Positions 1 to 10,593 of a stretch of DNA of 64,000 nucleotides are shown piece after piece. Below the pieces are notes generated by a model. The model did not search any database, was not told the DNA's origin, and saw nothing but the letters and a program-made list of their open reading frames with translations. Both the position numbers and the translations under genes were made by a program. Where the stretch lies: assembly GCA_963727825.1 (NCBI GenBank), contig CAVSHO010000009.1, positions 864,001 through 928,000 on the forward strand, in the 5' to 3' direction. How positions within the stretch are numbered: position 1 is the stretch's first letter; every line of letters starts with the position of its first letter. The stretch comes from Ignavibacteriota bacterium (GTDB lineage Bacteria > Bacteroidota > Ignavibacteria > UBA10030).

Positions 1-1
1 G

Positions 2-1039
2 GGCATTGTCACAGGCAAAGGCCTGGCGGATTTGATACGCGAAAGCTTTGGTGTACGCATCACATTTTACATGTTTATTTTTCTTTTGGTTGCTGACGTA
101 GGAAATACTGCGACGGAGTTTGCCGGTGTCGCCGGCAGTATGAATATTTTTGGTGTAAGTAAATATATTTCGGTTCCACTTGCAGCTGTTGCAGTTTGGG
201 TACTTGTGCTGAAAGGCAACTATAAATTTGCAGAAAGAATATTTTTACTTTTTAGCGTATTTCTCCTTTCGTATGTCGTTTCAGCAGTTATTGCCGGCCC
301 CGACTGGAGCGTAATTGGTAAAGCAGTGGTTACACCAACGATGCATTTTGACAACGAATACATCACCACAGTTCTTGGTATTATCGGTACGACCGTTGCA
401 CCATGGATGCAGTTTTATATGCAATCGGCAGTGATTGAAAAAGGATTGAAAATCAGTGATTACAAATACACACTATGGGATGTTGTTCTCGGATGTATTG
501 CCACAGTTGTCGTTGCATTCTTTATTATTGTAGCTTGCGCTGCAACACTTAACGTGAACGGTGTTAAAATCAACGAAGCGGCAGATGCCGCGATGGCATT
601 GAAACCATTGGCCGGTGCATTGGCTGGTCAACTGTTTGCGTTCGGATTATTTGTTGCATCGATTTTTTCAGCAGCAATTCTTCCACTAGCAACAGCATTC
701 TATGTCTGCGAAGCGTTCGGATTTGAAGCGGGTATAGATAAAAAATTTAGCGAAGCCCCTCAATTCTATTCGCTCTTTACTATTATAATTCTCATCGGCT
801 CCGGCATTATTTTAATTCCAGGTGCCCCGCTTATTGCTATCACTATTTGGACGCAAGTGCTAAATGCCATTCTGCTTCCTATGGTGCTTATTTGTATGAT
901 GATCATTGTTAACAATAAAGAAATTATGGAAGAGTATACTAATAACCGGATGCAAAATACAATCGGCTGGACAACAACGGCAATCTTGATAATACTTAGT
1001 GCATTCCTACTTTTATCTGGTATAGGTGTTGTCGGGTAA
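2..1039 (+). CDS. NRAMP/SLC11-family divalent metal transporter (NRMT-like), 5'-truncated by window edge
   Basis: Frame open from position 2 (GIVTGKGLADLIRE). Carries NRAMP motifs EFAG and GTTVAPWMQFYMQSAV, plus many TM helices. Confidence 0.85.
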   Translation, partial: GIVTGKGLADLIRESFGVRITFYMFIFLLVADVGNTATEFAGVAGSMNIFGVSKYISVPLAAVAVWVLVLKGNYKFAERIFLLFSVFLLSYVVSAVIAGPDWSVIGKAVVTPTMHFDNEYITTVLGIIGTTVAPWMQFYMQSAVIEKGLKISDYKYTLWDVVLGCIATVVVAFFIIVACAATLNVNGVKINEAADAAMALKPLAGALAGQLFAFGLFVASIFSAAILPLATAFYVCEAFGFEAGIDKKFSEAPQFYSLFTIIILIGSGIILIPGAPLIAITIWTQVLNAILLPMVLICMMIIVNNKEIMEEYTNNRMQNTIGWTTTAILIILSAFLLLSGIGVVG

Positions 1040-1165
1040 AATAGAAAAACGCTTGATACTTGCTTTCGATTGAATTAGAAAGTACGAAATGTTAAACCTA
1101 AGAGTTGGCAAGATGAATACACCTGGGTCATTACTTCACTTGTCTTATTATATGGGGATATAAAC

Positions 1166-2599
1166 ATGAAAACAAAAGCGCTTTTCCTTCTCTTCTTTGC
1201 AGTTTCGCTTTCCTCATCGCAGAACTACGATGCGTATTTTACCAATGCCACGATGCGCGTGGATTATTATCGCATTGGCACGAAAGGACAAGAGCAAATC
1301 ACGATAGACAAAGTGTATGAAGAAAACGCCTGGCCCGGCAGCAAGGTGAATTTGCTCGATACACTCAATCTCGGCGATTGTTTTGTAAAGGTGAGCGATC
1401 TTCAAACCAACATGCTTCTCTATTCACGCGGCTATTCAACAGTGTTTGGAGAATGGCAAACGACCGAAGAAGCGTTGAGTGGAACATGGCGAACATTTCA
1501 TGAAACTGTTCGATTTCCATTTCCCAAACAAAAAGTTATTGTCAGCTTCTATCGTCGCGACAAATATGTTGGTGCTGGTGAAATGATGGCATTCAGAGAA
1601 GTTTTTTCTACTGTTATTGATCCAAACAATTCAACTGTTGTAAATCGTAAAAAAATGAAAAGTAAATTCGCAGTGTTTGATGTGATGGTGAACGGGTCGA
1701 TTAATAAGAAAGTGGACATTCTAATTCTTGGTGATGGCTACACAAAAGATGATATAGAAAAATTTAGAAAGGACGCGAAACATTTTATCGAACAACTTTT
1801 TTTGTGTCAACCATTTAAAAAACATAAAGATGATTTCAATGTTCGCGCGATGGAAGTAATTTCGGACGATTCTGGCATCGATATGCCTGACCAAAATGTG
1901 TGGAAGCATACTGCACTAGGCACGATGTATAACACATTCGGATCTGCGCGCTATGTATTGACTGAAGAGAATAGAGCATTGCGCGACATTGCCGATACGG
2001 CTCCATACGATTTTATTACAATTCTTGTGAACGATAATCGTTATGGCGGCGGTGGAATCTTTAATCTCTACACAACATGTTTTACAAAACCGGCAAAAGC
2101 TGGTCAAGAATGGGAAATGGACTATGTCTATGTACACGAGTTTGGCCATTGTTTTGGCGGATTGGGTGATGAATATTACAGTTCGCAGGTTTCGTATATT
2201 GACTTTTATCCGAAAGGTGTTGAACCATGGGAACCGAATGTGACACGCACGAATACGAAAGAAAATTTGAAATGGCGCAACCTCGTTTCATTAGATACAC
2301 CAATTCCAACACCGTGGCAGAAAACGAAGTACGACAGCATAGAAACGTTACGGGGTAAATTAGATCGGCTTTCTTCCGATTACTATGAACAGCGCGAAAG
2401 ATTGTTGAAAAGTTCAAAAGGCATTCTCACGGATCCAAAATTGGTTGGAATTGTTGGCGCATTCGAAGGTTCAGGTTACACTTCAAAAGATATGTATCGC
2501 CCAGCTATAGATTGCAAGATGTTTGCACTGAATCCGGTGGACTTTGATCCTGTCTGTGCTGCAGCGATTGAACGGATGATAGAAATGTACATCAAGTAG
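1166..2599 (+). CDS. Secreted M64-family (IgA peptidase-like) metallopeptidase
   Basis: Signal peptide, DILILGDGY, YGGGG and zinc motif HEFGHCFGGLGDEY. Confidence 0.85.
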   Translation: MKTKALFLLFFAVSLSSSQNYDAYFTNATMRVDYYRIGTKGQEQITIDKVYEENAWPGSKVNLLDTLNLGDCFVKVSDLQTNMLLYSRGYSTVFGEWQTTEEALSGTWRTFHETVRFPFPKQKVIVSFYRRDKYVGAGEMMAFREVFSTVIDPNNSTVVNRKKMKSKFAVFDVMVNGSINKKVDILILGDGYTKDDIEKFRKDAKHFIEQLFLCQPFKKHKDDFNVRAMEVISDDSGIDMPDQNVWKHTALGTMYNTFGSARYVLTEENRALRDIADTAPYDFITILVNDNRYGGGGIFNLYTTCFTKPAKAGQEWEMDYVYVHEFGHCFGGLGDEYYSSQVSYIDFYPKGVEPWEPNVTRTNTKENLKWRNLVSLDTPIPTPWQKTKYDSIETLRGKLDRLSSDYYEQRERLLKSSKGILTDPKLVGIVGAFEGSGYTSKDMYRPAIDCKMFALNPVDFDPVCAAAIERMIEMYIK

Positions 2600-2671
2600 T
2601 AAGTTGGCAAGTATTAGGACTTGAGTCATTATAATCATTCAATCGATACCATTATTAGAAAGTAAAAATTC

Positions 2672-3463
2672 ATGAGAACAAATTCCCTTGCACTTATTAC
2701 CGGTGCCTCAAGCGGCATCGGATTAGAGCTTGCAAAGCTTTTTGCACGGGACAGCTATGATCTTGCCCTCGTTGCACGGAGCCAGGACAAACTTAAAAAC
2801 ATAGCCGAAGATTTGCAGCAAATGTACAATGTGCAAGTAAAATATTATGCAAAGGATTTATCTATTTCTTCAACACCCCAAGAAATATTTGAAGCGCTCC
2901 AAAGCGAAAGAGGAAACATTGACGTGCTTATCAATAACGCTGGTTTCGGATGGCGCGGGGCGTTTGCACAAATGAGACTTACTAATGCCCTAGAAATGAT
3001 TCAGGTGAATATTACAGCACTTATACATCTTACACGGCTTTTTCTACCCGGAATGATAGAACGGAAACACGGAAAAATATTAAATGTAGCATCAACAGCC
3101 GCGTTTCAACCTGGTCCAATGATGGCGACCTACTACGCGTCAAAAGCCTATGTATTAAGCTTCTCAGAAGCACTGTCAGAAGAATTAAAGGGAACAGGCG
3201 TAACTGCCACGGCGTTTTGTCCCGGACCGACAGCTACAGGCTTTGGACAAAGAGCCGGTTTTGTAAATGAAAAAATATTTGGCGACATACTCTCAATGGA
3301 TTCATATACAGTTGCGCTTGATGGGTACAAAGGGTTGATGAAAGGAAAGCCGATTGTTATTTCCGGATGGAAAAATTGGCTTGGAACCAAGCTCGTTCAA
3401 ATTATACCGCGACCACTTCCCGCGAGGCTGATAAAAAAAATTCAACAGAAGAGAGGAACTTGA
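2672..3463 (+). CDS. Short-chain dehydrogenase/reductase
   Basis: TGASSGIG, NNAG and YYASK motifs. Confidence 0.92.
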   Translation: MRTNSLALITGASSGIGLELAKLFARDSYDLALVARSQDKLKNIAEDLQQMYNVQVKYYAKDLSISSTPQEIFEALQSERGNIDVLINNAGFGWRGAFAQMRLTNALEMIQVNITALIHLTRLFLPGMIERKHGKILNVASTAAFQPGPMMATYYASKAYVLSFSEALSEELKGTGVTATAFCPGPTATGFGQRAGFVNEKIFGDILSMDSYTVALDGYKGLMKGKPIVISGWKNWLGTKLVQIIPRPLPARLIKKIQQKRGT

Positions 3464-3579
3464 GAAACGCTAAATTCATAATTAAGATTGAATTGTGAAC
3501 ATCTGCTTCTCATTTAAGAATTTTCTACCTTATAGACATGCCTTGACAAATTGCCCCTTGAAAATAAAATGTTAATCTA

Positions 3580-4470
3580 ATGCCATACGCCGGTGAATTA
3601 AGCGCTCTTGTAACAGCTGTGATGTGGACGGGAAGTGCGATTGCCTTTGCTGCCGCAACCGTACGGGTTGGTTCTGTGTACGTGAATGTCGTACGACTTG
3701 TTATTGCGGTTGTCTTATTATTTTTAACTGTTGTTGTTTTCGATATTAATATCGATGTATCTGCCATACAAGTAGTGTTTCTTTCCCTTAGCGGGTTTGT
3801 GGGATTTGTTTTTGGCGATACATTTCTCTTTAAATCGTACGAATATAACGATGCACGCATTGGTTCATTAATAATGTCGGCGGCTCCCGCCATGACTGCA
3901 TTGATGGCGTTTCTTTTTCTCAAGGAAACACTTTCATTCACAGGAATACTTGGTATGACTATCACACTTGCGGGTATTGCACTCGTTGTGTTGGAGCGCA
4001 AGGAACCATCAACACACCATGTTCCTATAGCTATGATAGGAGTGTTATATGCTTTATTGGGAGCAATAGGGCAGGCGGGTGGAATGATTTTAGCAAAAAG
4101 TGCATTTGCATATGGCTCTATTAATGGATTTGTTGCAACATTTATCCGTGCATTTTCTGCAACAATAATCTTAGCACCAATGAATTACTTTGCGGGCCGA
4201 TTTACAAAACCCATAAAAATATTCTTAGAGGACAAAAAAGCATTTCGTTTCACAATGCTTGGTTCGTTTCTTGGTCCTTACCTTGGCGTTACATTTAGCC
4301 TCATTGCTATTTCGCTTACTGACGTTGCTATCGCGGCAACAATTATTGCGCTTGTTCCTATTGTTATGCTGCCAACCGTGTGGATTCTCTTTCATGAACG
4401 GTTATCATGGAGGGCTATCGTTGGAGCTTGTGTTGCAGTTGGCGGTGTTGGAATTCTATTTCTTCGGTAG
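3580..4470 (+). CDS. DMT/EamA-family transporter
   Basis: 296 aa, about 10 TM helices in two repeats. Confidence 0.85.
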   Translation: MPYAGELSALVTAVMWTGSAIAFAAATVRVGSVYVNVVRLVIAVVLLFLTVVVFDINIDVSAIQVVFLSLSGFVGFVFGDTFLFKSYEYNDARIGSLIMSAAPAMTALMAFLFLKETLSFTGILGMTITLAGIALVVLERKEPSTHHVPIAMIGVLYALLGAIGQAGGMILAKSAFAYGSINGFVATFIRAFSATIILAPMNYFAGRFTKPIKIFLEDKKAFRFTMLGSFLGPYLGVTFSLIAISLTDVAIAATIIALVPIVMLPTVWILFHERLSWRAIVGACVAVGGVGILFLR

Positions 4471-4529
4471 GTCTGTGGATGGCGACTGAGAAAAAATATC
4501 TCTTAACCTTTCATTATTCTTTGAAAGAA

Positions 4530-4660
4530 GCCCTTTGCGCAAGTTTTCTGTACACTCCTGACAAACACCATGCCAAAGGTTGCCTCAGAATGCTCTTTAA
4601 GGTGCTGTTCCAATCCCTTCCAATAGACTTGATTATTTTGCGCTTTTCGCGGTTGAAATG
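4530..4660 (-). pseudogene. Remnant of a C-terminal 'YW..LE.YL..HSEA.F.HG.C..C' module typical of sensor/response-regulator proteins
   Basis: Manual translation gives NNQVYWKGLEQHLKEHSEATF, then after a frame change HGVCQECTENLRK. No N-terminal part is present. Confidence 0.5.
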
Positions 4661-4699
4661 AAGGGAACGGGAATTTTCTACACTGCTTTTTATTAAGCT

Positions 4700-6259
4700 T
4701 TAGTCCGGCAATTGAAATTCTTGTGCAGAAGGACGAATTTCATCATACATGCTGCGAATAGCACGAAATGCCGTTTCGCTTCCTCTCAGCATTGATTTAT
4801 GAAAAATGCGATATGCCTCACCTTTGTTCTGAGTTAATACAATTCCTTTTTCATAGCAATGCGCAAGCGTTAAATCCGAAAGTAACGAACCTTCTTGAGA
4901 TGTAACCCGTAAAATATTTAATGCTGAATCTAATTCTTCTGTATGAATTTGACCCAATATGTTTGCTGTTGCAAGACGAACATCAGCTTCGACATTGCCT
5001 AATTGAGAAGCACGATTCCATAACTCAATTGTTTTGTTGCGGTCTTGCTGAACCCACCGTCCCGTAAGATAACAAGATCCTAATTCTACCATTGCCGGTG
5101 CATGTCCCGCAATAGCTGCACGTTGAAGAAGATCTAACGCTTGTTTCTCATTTAACAACTTACTGAAACCGATGGATGTTAACCCAGACCATGTATAAAG
5201 TGCATCTGGATCGTTTTTTGAAGATCGCAATTGAAGTTCTCGGGCAAATTCCTCTGTATTCATTAACTTCCAAAGCAACGCTGGTGCCCGATATGAATTT
5301 AGAATAAATGCGCGCAGGTAATACACACTTGCAAGAATAATATCTTTACGAACATTTAATCCGCGCTCATAGCAACGTCCAAGCAAGCAGAGTGCTTCTG
5401 GACAACCAGACTTTGCAACTTTTAATAACAAAGATTGAGTGCTTGAATCCAGACTTGCTGTTGTGGTATTTTCAGTGACTGTCGAATGAGAGAGAGTATC
5501 AATTCCTTGGTACGCTTCACGAATAAGAGTTGTATCTTCAATAGTTGAAGTTGTGTCGGTGTGAAAATCAATGAACATTAGACTGGATCCCGTATCGATC
5601 GGCATCGATCGCTTTGCATTATTATTAGGCCGCTCCTTTATAGGTGTTACAGAATCCTCAGTATCTATCTTGTCTAGCCCTCGTCGTTCCATTTCTTTCT
5701 TTGTAATCTTTGCTGCATCTGATCCGAGTTCAGATGCTTTTTTAAAAAAGGAATAAGCTTTTGACCAACTGCGCGGAACAATAATGTCTTCAGTGTACAT
5801 TAAACCCATCACATAGAGTGCTTCTGGTACATCTTGTTCGGCGGCAGCGCGAAATTGTTTGAATGCTTCAAACGGATTCCATTCAATTCCTCGGCCATTT
5901 ATTAATAAAATGCCCAGGTTGAATTGTGCAAGCGGCAAATGTTGATCGGCAGCTTTTTGAATCCAATAAGATGCCTTTATAGTATCGGCCGGAAATCCTT
6001 TGCCGAATAAATAGCGCAATCCCAATTCATGTTGTGCTGGTGATTCACCAGCATTTGCTTTCTGCATCAGAACAAATTCTTCGAGTAACTGAAGGTCAAG
6101 AGTAGAGGGAAGTACCAGCGGCACTGAAGCCGATTCGTAACTTCGAAATGCCTGCGGCTTCTTTTGCTCCTGTGCAAACATGGTGCACTGAATGGATGGC
6201 AGAAGAAATGCTGTAAAAATTATAGTTATATAAAATTTTCTTTGAATTACGAGCCCCAA
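4700..6259 (-). CDS. Exported Sel1-like repeat protein
   Basis: Signal-peptide-like N-terminus and multiple AQxxLGxxYxxGxG...A..W..KAA repeats. Confidence 0.88.
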   Translation of the reverse strand: MGLVIQRKFYITIIFTAFLLPSIQCTMFAQEQKKPQAFRSYESASVPLVLPSTLDLQLLEEFVLMQKANAGESPAQHELGLRYLFGKGFPADTIKASYWIQKAADQHLPLAQFNLGILLINGRGIEWNPFEAFKQFRAAAEQDVPEALYVMGLMYTEDIIVPRSWSKAYSFFKKASELGSDAAKITKKEMERRGLDKIDTEDSVTPIKERPNNNAKRSMPIDTGSSLMFIDFHTDTTSTIEDTTLIREAYQGIDTLSHSTVTENTTTASLDSSTQSLLLKVAKSGCPEALCLLGRCYERGLNVRKDIILASVYYLRAFILNSYRAPALLWKLMNTEEFARELQLRSSKNDPDALYTWSGLTSIGFSKLLNEKQALDLLQRAAIAGHAPAMVELGSCYLTGRWVQQDRNKTIELWNRASQLGNVEADVRLATANILGQIHTEELDSALNILRVTSQEGSLLSDLTLAHCYEKGIVLTQNKGEAYRIFHKSMLRGSETAFRAIRSMYDEIRPSAQEFQLPD

Positions 6260-6610
6260 GTTAATTCTTTACATCACAATTACGTAAATAGTCATCATTA
6301 TTTCCACTTCTTATAATTGTAAAACAATGAATCTTTAAATTAAACCAACAAATCAACAAAACTAAGCCAATTCATAAAATTATCTTGTACGTTTTTGACA
6401 CGATGATTTGGGTTTTGGATTAACCAATGAACTTATATATAAATCCATGAACTGTGAGAATGTGCTTAGAAAATCTTGAATTCTCCTCTAACTTTTGGCG
6501 TAGCCGTGTTATATGGGCATCAATGGTCCTTGTGGTGGGCATTGCATCATAACCTCATACATCGTTAAGAATAGTCTCTCGAGATAAGACACTACCGCGA
6601 TGCTCAATGA

Positions 6611-6685
6611 AGTAATGAAGTGGCTGGAATTCACGCGTGGAAAGCAACTTCAATGAATCCTATTGATGTGTTAAGGTATGAATGA
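6611..6685 (+). pseudogene. Orphan C-terminal tail of a MacB/FtsX-type ABC permease
   Basis: Translates as SNEVAGIHAWKATSMNPIDVLRYE*, matching the family-typical A.+A...NP+..LRYE terminus. An in-frame stop lies immediately upstream. Confidence 0.55.
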
Positions 6686-6793
6686 GAATAAAAGATTGTA
6701 TGGGAACAATAATAATCAGATGAACGTCAAATTAAAAGAAATAGACAGATAGAATTCAAAAGCTTCAAATTCATATCTAGCAGTTTTTTAAAA

Positions 6794-6879
6794 ATGGCGG
6801 ATAAATGATTTGTTTATTTTATGTTGACAAACCTCAACAAGCGATCACCTCCTTCTTAAAGTGCTTGGTTATCCGCCAT
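6794..6879 (-). ncRNA. Candidate structured small RNA with a strong SD and an 8-codon micro-ORF
   Basis: Perfect 11-bp inverted repeat ATGGCGGATAA (6794-6804) / TTATCCGCCAT (6869-6879). On the minus strand it encloses AAGGAGGTGATC, then TTG-start MLRFVNIK* (6840-6814), and is followed by a T-run. Confidence 0.35.
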
Positions 6880-7037
6880 CCTTTTTCGGAATAAGGCACC
6901 CCGTTTAATTATTGGATGTAAAGTATTAACCTTCTTTAGAAATTGTGTATATTATCTACGCAATCGTTGTATTCAACCATCATTTCTAAATATTAATTTT
7001 AAAATGATAGATATATTGAGCTTCCCATAAAAAAACT

Positions 7038-8711
7038 ATGAGCGATAATAAAATTATTTTTTCTATGATCGGCGTTGGTAAAGTTGTTAAACCTAATCGC
7101 CAGATTCTTAAAGATATCTACCTTTCGTTTTTTTATGGCGCTAAAATTGGCGTTCTAGGTTTGAATGGTGCCGGCAAAAGCACGCTCTTACGCATTATAG
7201 CTGGAATCGACAAGGACTATCTCGGCGAGATAACCGCGCAAAAAGGAATTACATTTGGGTTTCTTTCTCAAGAACCGGAGCTTGATCCGACAAAAACCGT
7301 GAAGGATATCGTAGAAGAAGGGGTTCAAGAAATTGTTAACCTAGTAAAAGAATACGAAACTGTAAATTTTCAACTTGCAGAACCTGATGCTGATTATGAT
7401 ACATTACTGGAAAAACAAAGTAAGCTACAAGAAAAAATCGATCATCTCAATGCATGGGATTTAGACAGCAAACTTGAACAAGCAATGGATGCATTGCGCT
7501 GTCCATCATCAGAAACGCCTGTGAACATTCTTTCCGGTGGTGAACGACGGCGCGTGGCGCTTTGCCGATTATTATTGCAGGAACCCGATGTATTACTACT
7601 TGACGAACCAACCAACCACCTCGATGCCGAATCTGTAGCATGGTTAGAACATCATTTAAGTTTGTACAAAGGAACCGTCATCGCGGTTACACATGATCGC
7701 TACTTCCTCGATAATGTAGCAGGATGGATATTAGAACTCGATCGCGGCGAAGGCATTCCATTTGAAGGAAACTACTCTTCATGGTTGGATCAAAAGAAAC
7801 GCCGATTGGAAATTGAAGAGAAACAGGAATCTAAGCGTCAGCGAGCTCTGCAAAGCGAATTAGAATGGGTACGATTGAATCCGAAAGGTCGTCACGCTAA
7901 AAGTAAAGCACGAATTGCATCTTATGAAAAGATGCTCGCTGAACAAACCGACAAACGTGATGAAGAAATGGAAATATATATTCCCCCCGGTCCGCGCTTG
8001 GGCGATGTTGTCATTGAAGCTCATGGCGTGTCTAAAGCATTCGGCGAGAGATTGCTATTTGAAAATATGGAATTTGCTCTTCCACCCGGCGGTATTATTG
8101 GTGTCATTGGTCCAAACGGCGCTGGCAAAACCACGCTTTTCAAACTTATTATCGGCCAGGAAGAGCCAGATAAAGGTAATATCAAAATTGGCGACACGGT
8201 AAAGCTTGCTTACGTTGATCAAATGCGACCGCTCGATCCCGATAAAACAATCTGGCAGGAAATTTCTGGTGGAGAAGATCTTATTTTGCTCGGCAATCGC
8301 GAGGTAAACTCGCGCGGCTATGTTGCAAGATTTAATTTTAGCGGAACCGATCAACAAAAACCTGTTGGAAAACTCTCAGGCGGAGAACGTAATCGTGTTC
8401 ATCTTGCAAAAATACTGAAGGACGGAGCGAATGTACTTCTGCTTGACGAACCAACTAACGATCTTGATGTGAACACATTGCGTGCATTAGAAGAGGCGCT
8501 TGGTGGTTTTGCCGGATGTGCTGTTGTTATTTCGCACGACCGCTGGTTCCTCGATCGTGTAGCAACGCACATTCTTGCATTTGAAGGCGATAGCAGTGTC
8601 ATGTGGTTTGATGGAAATTATTCTGAATACGAAGAGTACCGCAAAAAACAACTCGGCATTGCCGCGGACCAGCCGCACAGAATTAAGTATAAAAGATTAA
8701 CGCGGGAATAA
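7038..8711 (+). CDS. ettA: Energy-dependent translational throttle A (ABC-F ATPase)
   Basis: Two ABC domains (GLNGAGKST, GPNGAGKTT), no TM segments. EttA signatures SFFYGAKIGVLG and ELEWVRxNPKGRxAKSKAR. Confidence 0.95.
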   Translation: MSDNKIIFSMIGVGKVVKPNRQILKDIYLSFFYGAKIGVLGLNGAGKSTLLRIIAGIDKDYLGEITAQKGITFGFLSQEPELDPTKTVKDIVEEGVQEIVNLVKEYETVNFQLAEPDADYDTLLEKQSKLQEKIDHLNAWDLDSKLEQAMDALRCPSSETPVNILSGGERRRVALCRLLLQEPDVLLLDEPTNHLDAESVAWLEHHLSLYKGTVIAVTHDRYFLDNVAGWILELDRGEGIPFEGNYSSWLDQKKRRLEIEEKQESKRQRALQSELEWVRLNPKGRHAKSKARIASYEKMLAEQTDKRDEEMEIYIPPGPRLGDVVIEAHGVSKAFGERLLFENMEFALPPGGIIGVIGPNGAGKTTLFKLIIGQEEPDKGNIKIGDTVKLAYVDQMRPLDPDKTIWQEISGGEDLILLGNREVNSRGYVARFNFSGTDQQKPVGKLSGGERNRVHLAKILKDGANVLLLDEPTNDLDVNTLRALEEALGGFAGCAVVISHDRWFLDRVATHILAFEGDSSVMWFDGNYSEYEEYRKKQLGIAADQPHRIKYKRLTRE

Positions 8712-8746
8712 GTAATATCGGAACGAAAATACATTCAACAGATTTC

Positions 8747-9247
8747 TCAATGTTCCGGTGGAATCTGTCTCAGGTATTGGCTGAACGAGTAACGTTCATA
8801 CTGCTTATTGCCAATATAAAGTAAGAACTGGATGAACTTATCAGAATCCTGATAGCCATTTAGCCGAGCGACAAGCTTGAAGTTTGTATCAAATACAAGT
8901 ATTGTAGGATAGGAGTGGACATCCAGCAGCTTTGCACACTCCCTTTCGGTGTAATGATTGGCACCATTTGCAATAACAGTCTCGGATTCAGCGTTAAGTT
9001 TAACCGGTACGAATTGTGCAGCAAGTAACTCTTGCACGCGTGGATGAATATAAACAGAACAATCCATCCGTTTGCACCATCCACACCATGTTGTATAGAT
9101 ATCTACTAAAAGAAATTTTCCCGAGTTGTGCGCTTCTTTAACACCTTCTTCCCACTCGTGCCATTTGAGCGAACTTATATCATCTTGTGCAAGTGTCAAG
9201 AGTGAAGAGAATGTTACCAGAATTCCTATAAATATAAATCGTCGCAA
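8747..9247 (-). CDS. Exported thioredoxin-fold protein (SoxW/DUF255-like)
   Basis: Signal peptide, WCGWC motif and cis-Pro YPT. Confidence 0.8.
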   Translation of the reverse strand: MRRFIFIGILVTFSSLLTLAQDDISSLKWHEWEEGVKEAHNSGKFLLVDIYTTWCGWCKRMDCSVYIHPRVQELLAAQFVPVKLNAESETVIANGANHYTERECAKLLDVHSYPTILVFDTNFKLVARLNGYQDSDKFIQFLLYIGNKQYERYSFSQYLRQIPPEH

Positions 9248-9300
9248 GATTATATCTCTTCCACTCTTATTTCGTATTGATCTCCACGGTTGTAAATTCG

Positions 9301-10584
9301 TTATACCCGTTCACGAAATGGTACATAATGAGTCAATGTATGCCCTGTATAAACCTGCCGCGGGCGATAAATACGGCCATCCTTTGATTCATGGATTTCC
9401 TTGAAATTCGCGATCCATCCCGGCATACGCCCGATGGCAAACATAACAGTATACATACTCAGTGGAATTCCTATCGCTCGCATAATAATACCGCTGTAAA
9501 AATCTACATTAGGATAAAGCTTCCGTTCAACAAAATAAGAATCGCTGAGTGCAGTTTCTTCTAAGCGTTTAGCAATGTCGAGTAGCGGATCGTTTCTTTT
9601 TAATACCGCCAATAACTCGTCACATTTCTTTTTAATGATTCGTGCACGCGGATCGTAATTTTTATATACTCGATGACCAAATCCCATCAAACGTTTTCCC
9701 GATGTTTTATCTTTTGCTTCTTCAATAAATTTTGACCCATTGTCACCTGATTTATTGATATTCTCAAGCATTTCAATAACAGCCTGATTTGCGCCGCCAT
9801 GAAGAGGTCCCCAGAGCGCACATACGCCGGCTGATGCACTTGCAAACAAGTTTGCTTGACTTGATGCTACCATCCGTACGGTTGAAGTAGAGCAATTCTG
9901 TTCGTGATCTGCATGTAATAAAAAAATGAGATCAAGCGCATTCACAACTTCCGGTTGTAATTCATAATCCACGTATGGTTCGGAAAACATCATGTGTAAA
10001 AAATTTGCAGTGTATTTATATATAGGTTTTGGGTAAATAGTCGGCAAGCCCAATGATTTTCGATAAGAAAATGCAGCGATAGTTCGCACTTGAGAAATAA
10101 GACGAGCAGCCTGCATCAAGAAAACTTCATCAGGATTTAATACTTCGGGAAGAAAACAACCTGCAGCATTAATCATAGACGAAAGGATTGCCATCGGATG
10201 AGCGTGTGTAGGAAATCCCTCGAACTGAAATTTCATGTCCTCATGAAGCATCTCGTTTTTTGTAAGAAGGTTGGAAAATGTTTTCATCTCTTGCGAATTT
10301 GGTAGCTTTCCATAGATGAGCAAGTACGCTGTCTCTACGAATGTTGACTTCTCTGCCAGTTCTTCGATAGGAATACCGCGATAACGGAGAATTCCTTTTT
10401 CGCCATCTATGAAGGTAATATTGCTGCTGCATGATCCTGTATTTCCGTATCCCTCGTCAAAAGTAATATACCCTGTTTTATTTCGCAAAGTTGAAATATC
10501 AATAGAGTGTTCCCCTTCCGAACCTACAATAATCGGGAATTCGTATATTTTATTATCTAATTCGAGTTTTGCAGTTTTACCCAT
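9301..10584 (-). CDS. gltA: Citrate synthase
   Basis: [27 protein letters not shown] and YPNVDFYSG motifs. Confidence 0.97.
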   Translation of the reverse strand: MGKTAKLELDNKIYEFPIIVGSEGEHSIDISTLRNKTGYITFDEGYGNTGSCSSNITFIDGEKGILRYRGIPIEELAEKSTFVETAYLLIYGKLPNSQEMKTFSNLLTKNEMLHEDMKFQFEGFPTHAHPMAILSSMINAAGCFLPEVLNPDEVFLMQAARLISQVRTIAAFSYRKSLGLPTIYPKPIYKYTANFLHMMFSEPYVDYELQPEVVNALDLIFLLHADHEQNCSTSTVRMVASSQANLFASASAGVCALWGPLHGGANQAVIEMLENINKSGDNGSKFIEEAKDKTSGKRLMGFGHRVYKNYDPRARIIKKKCDELLAVLKRNDPLLDIAKRLEETALSDSYFVERKLYPNVDFYSGIIMRAIGIPLSMYTVMFAIGRMPGWIANFKEIHESKDGRIYRPRQVYTGHTLTHYVPFRERV

Positions 10585-10593
10585 GCTAATTCC

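Noticed and set aside
6843-6856. GATCACCTCCTT as a 16S rRNA gene fragment
   Set aside because: The flanks show no rRNA similarity (no helix 45 sequence upstream). Treated as an SD/anti-SD element instead.
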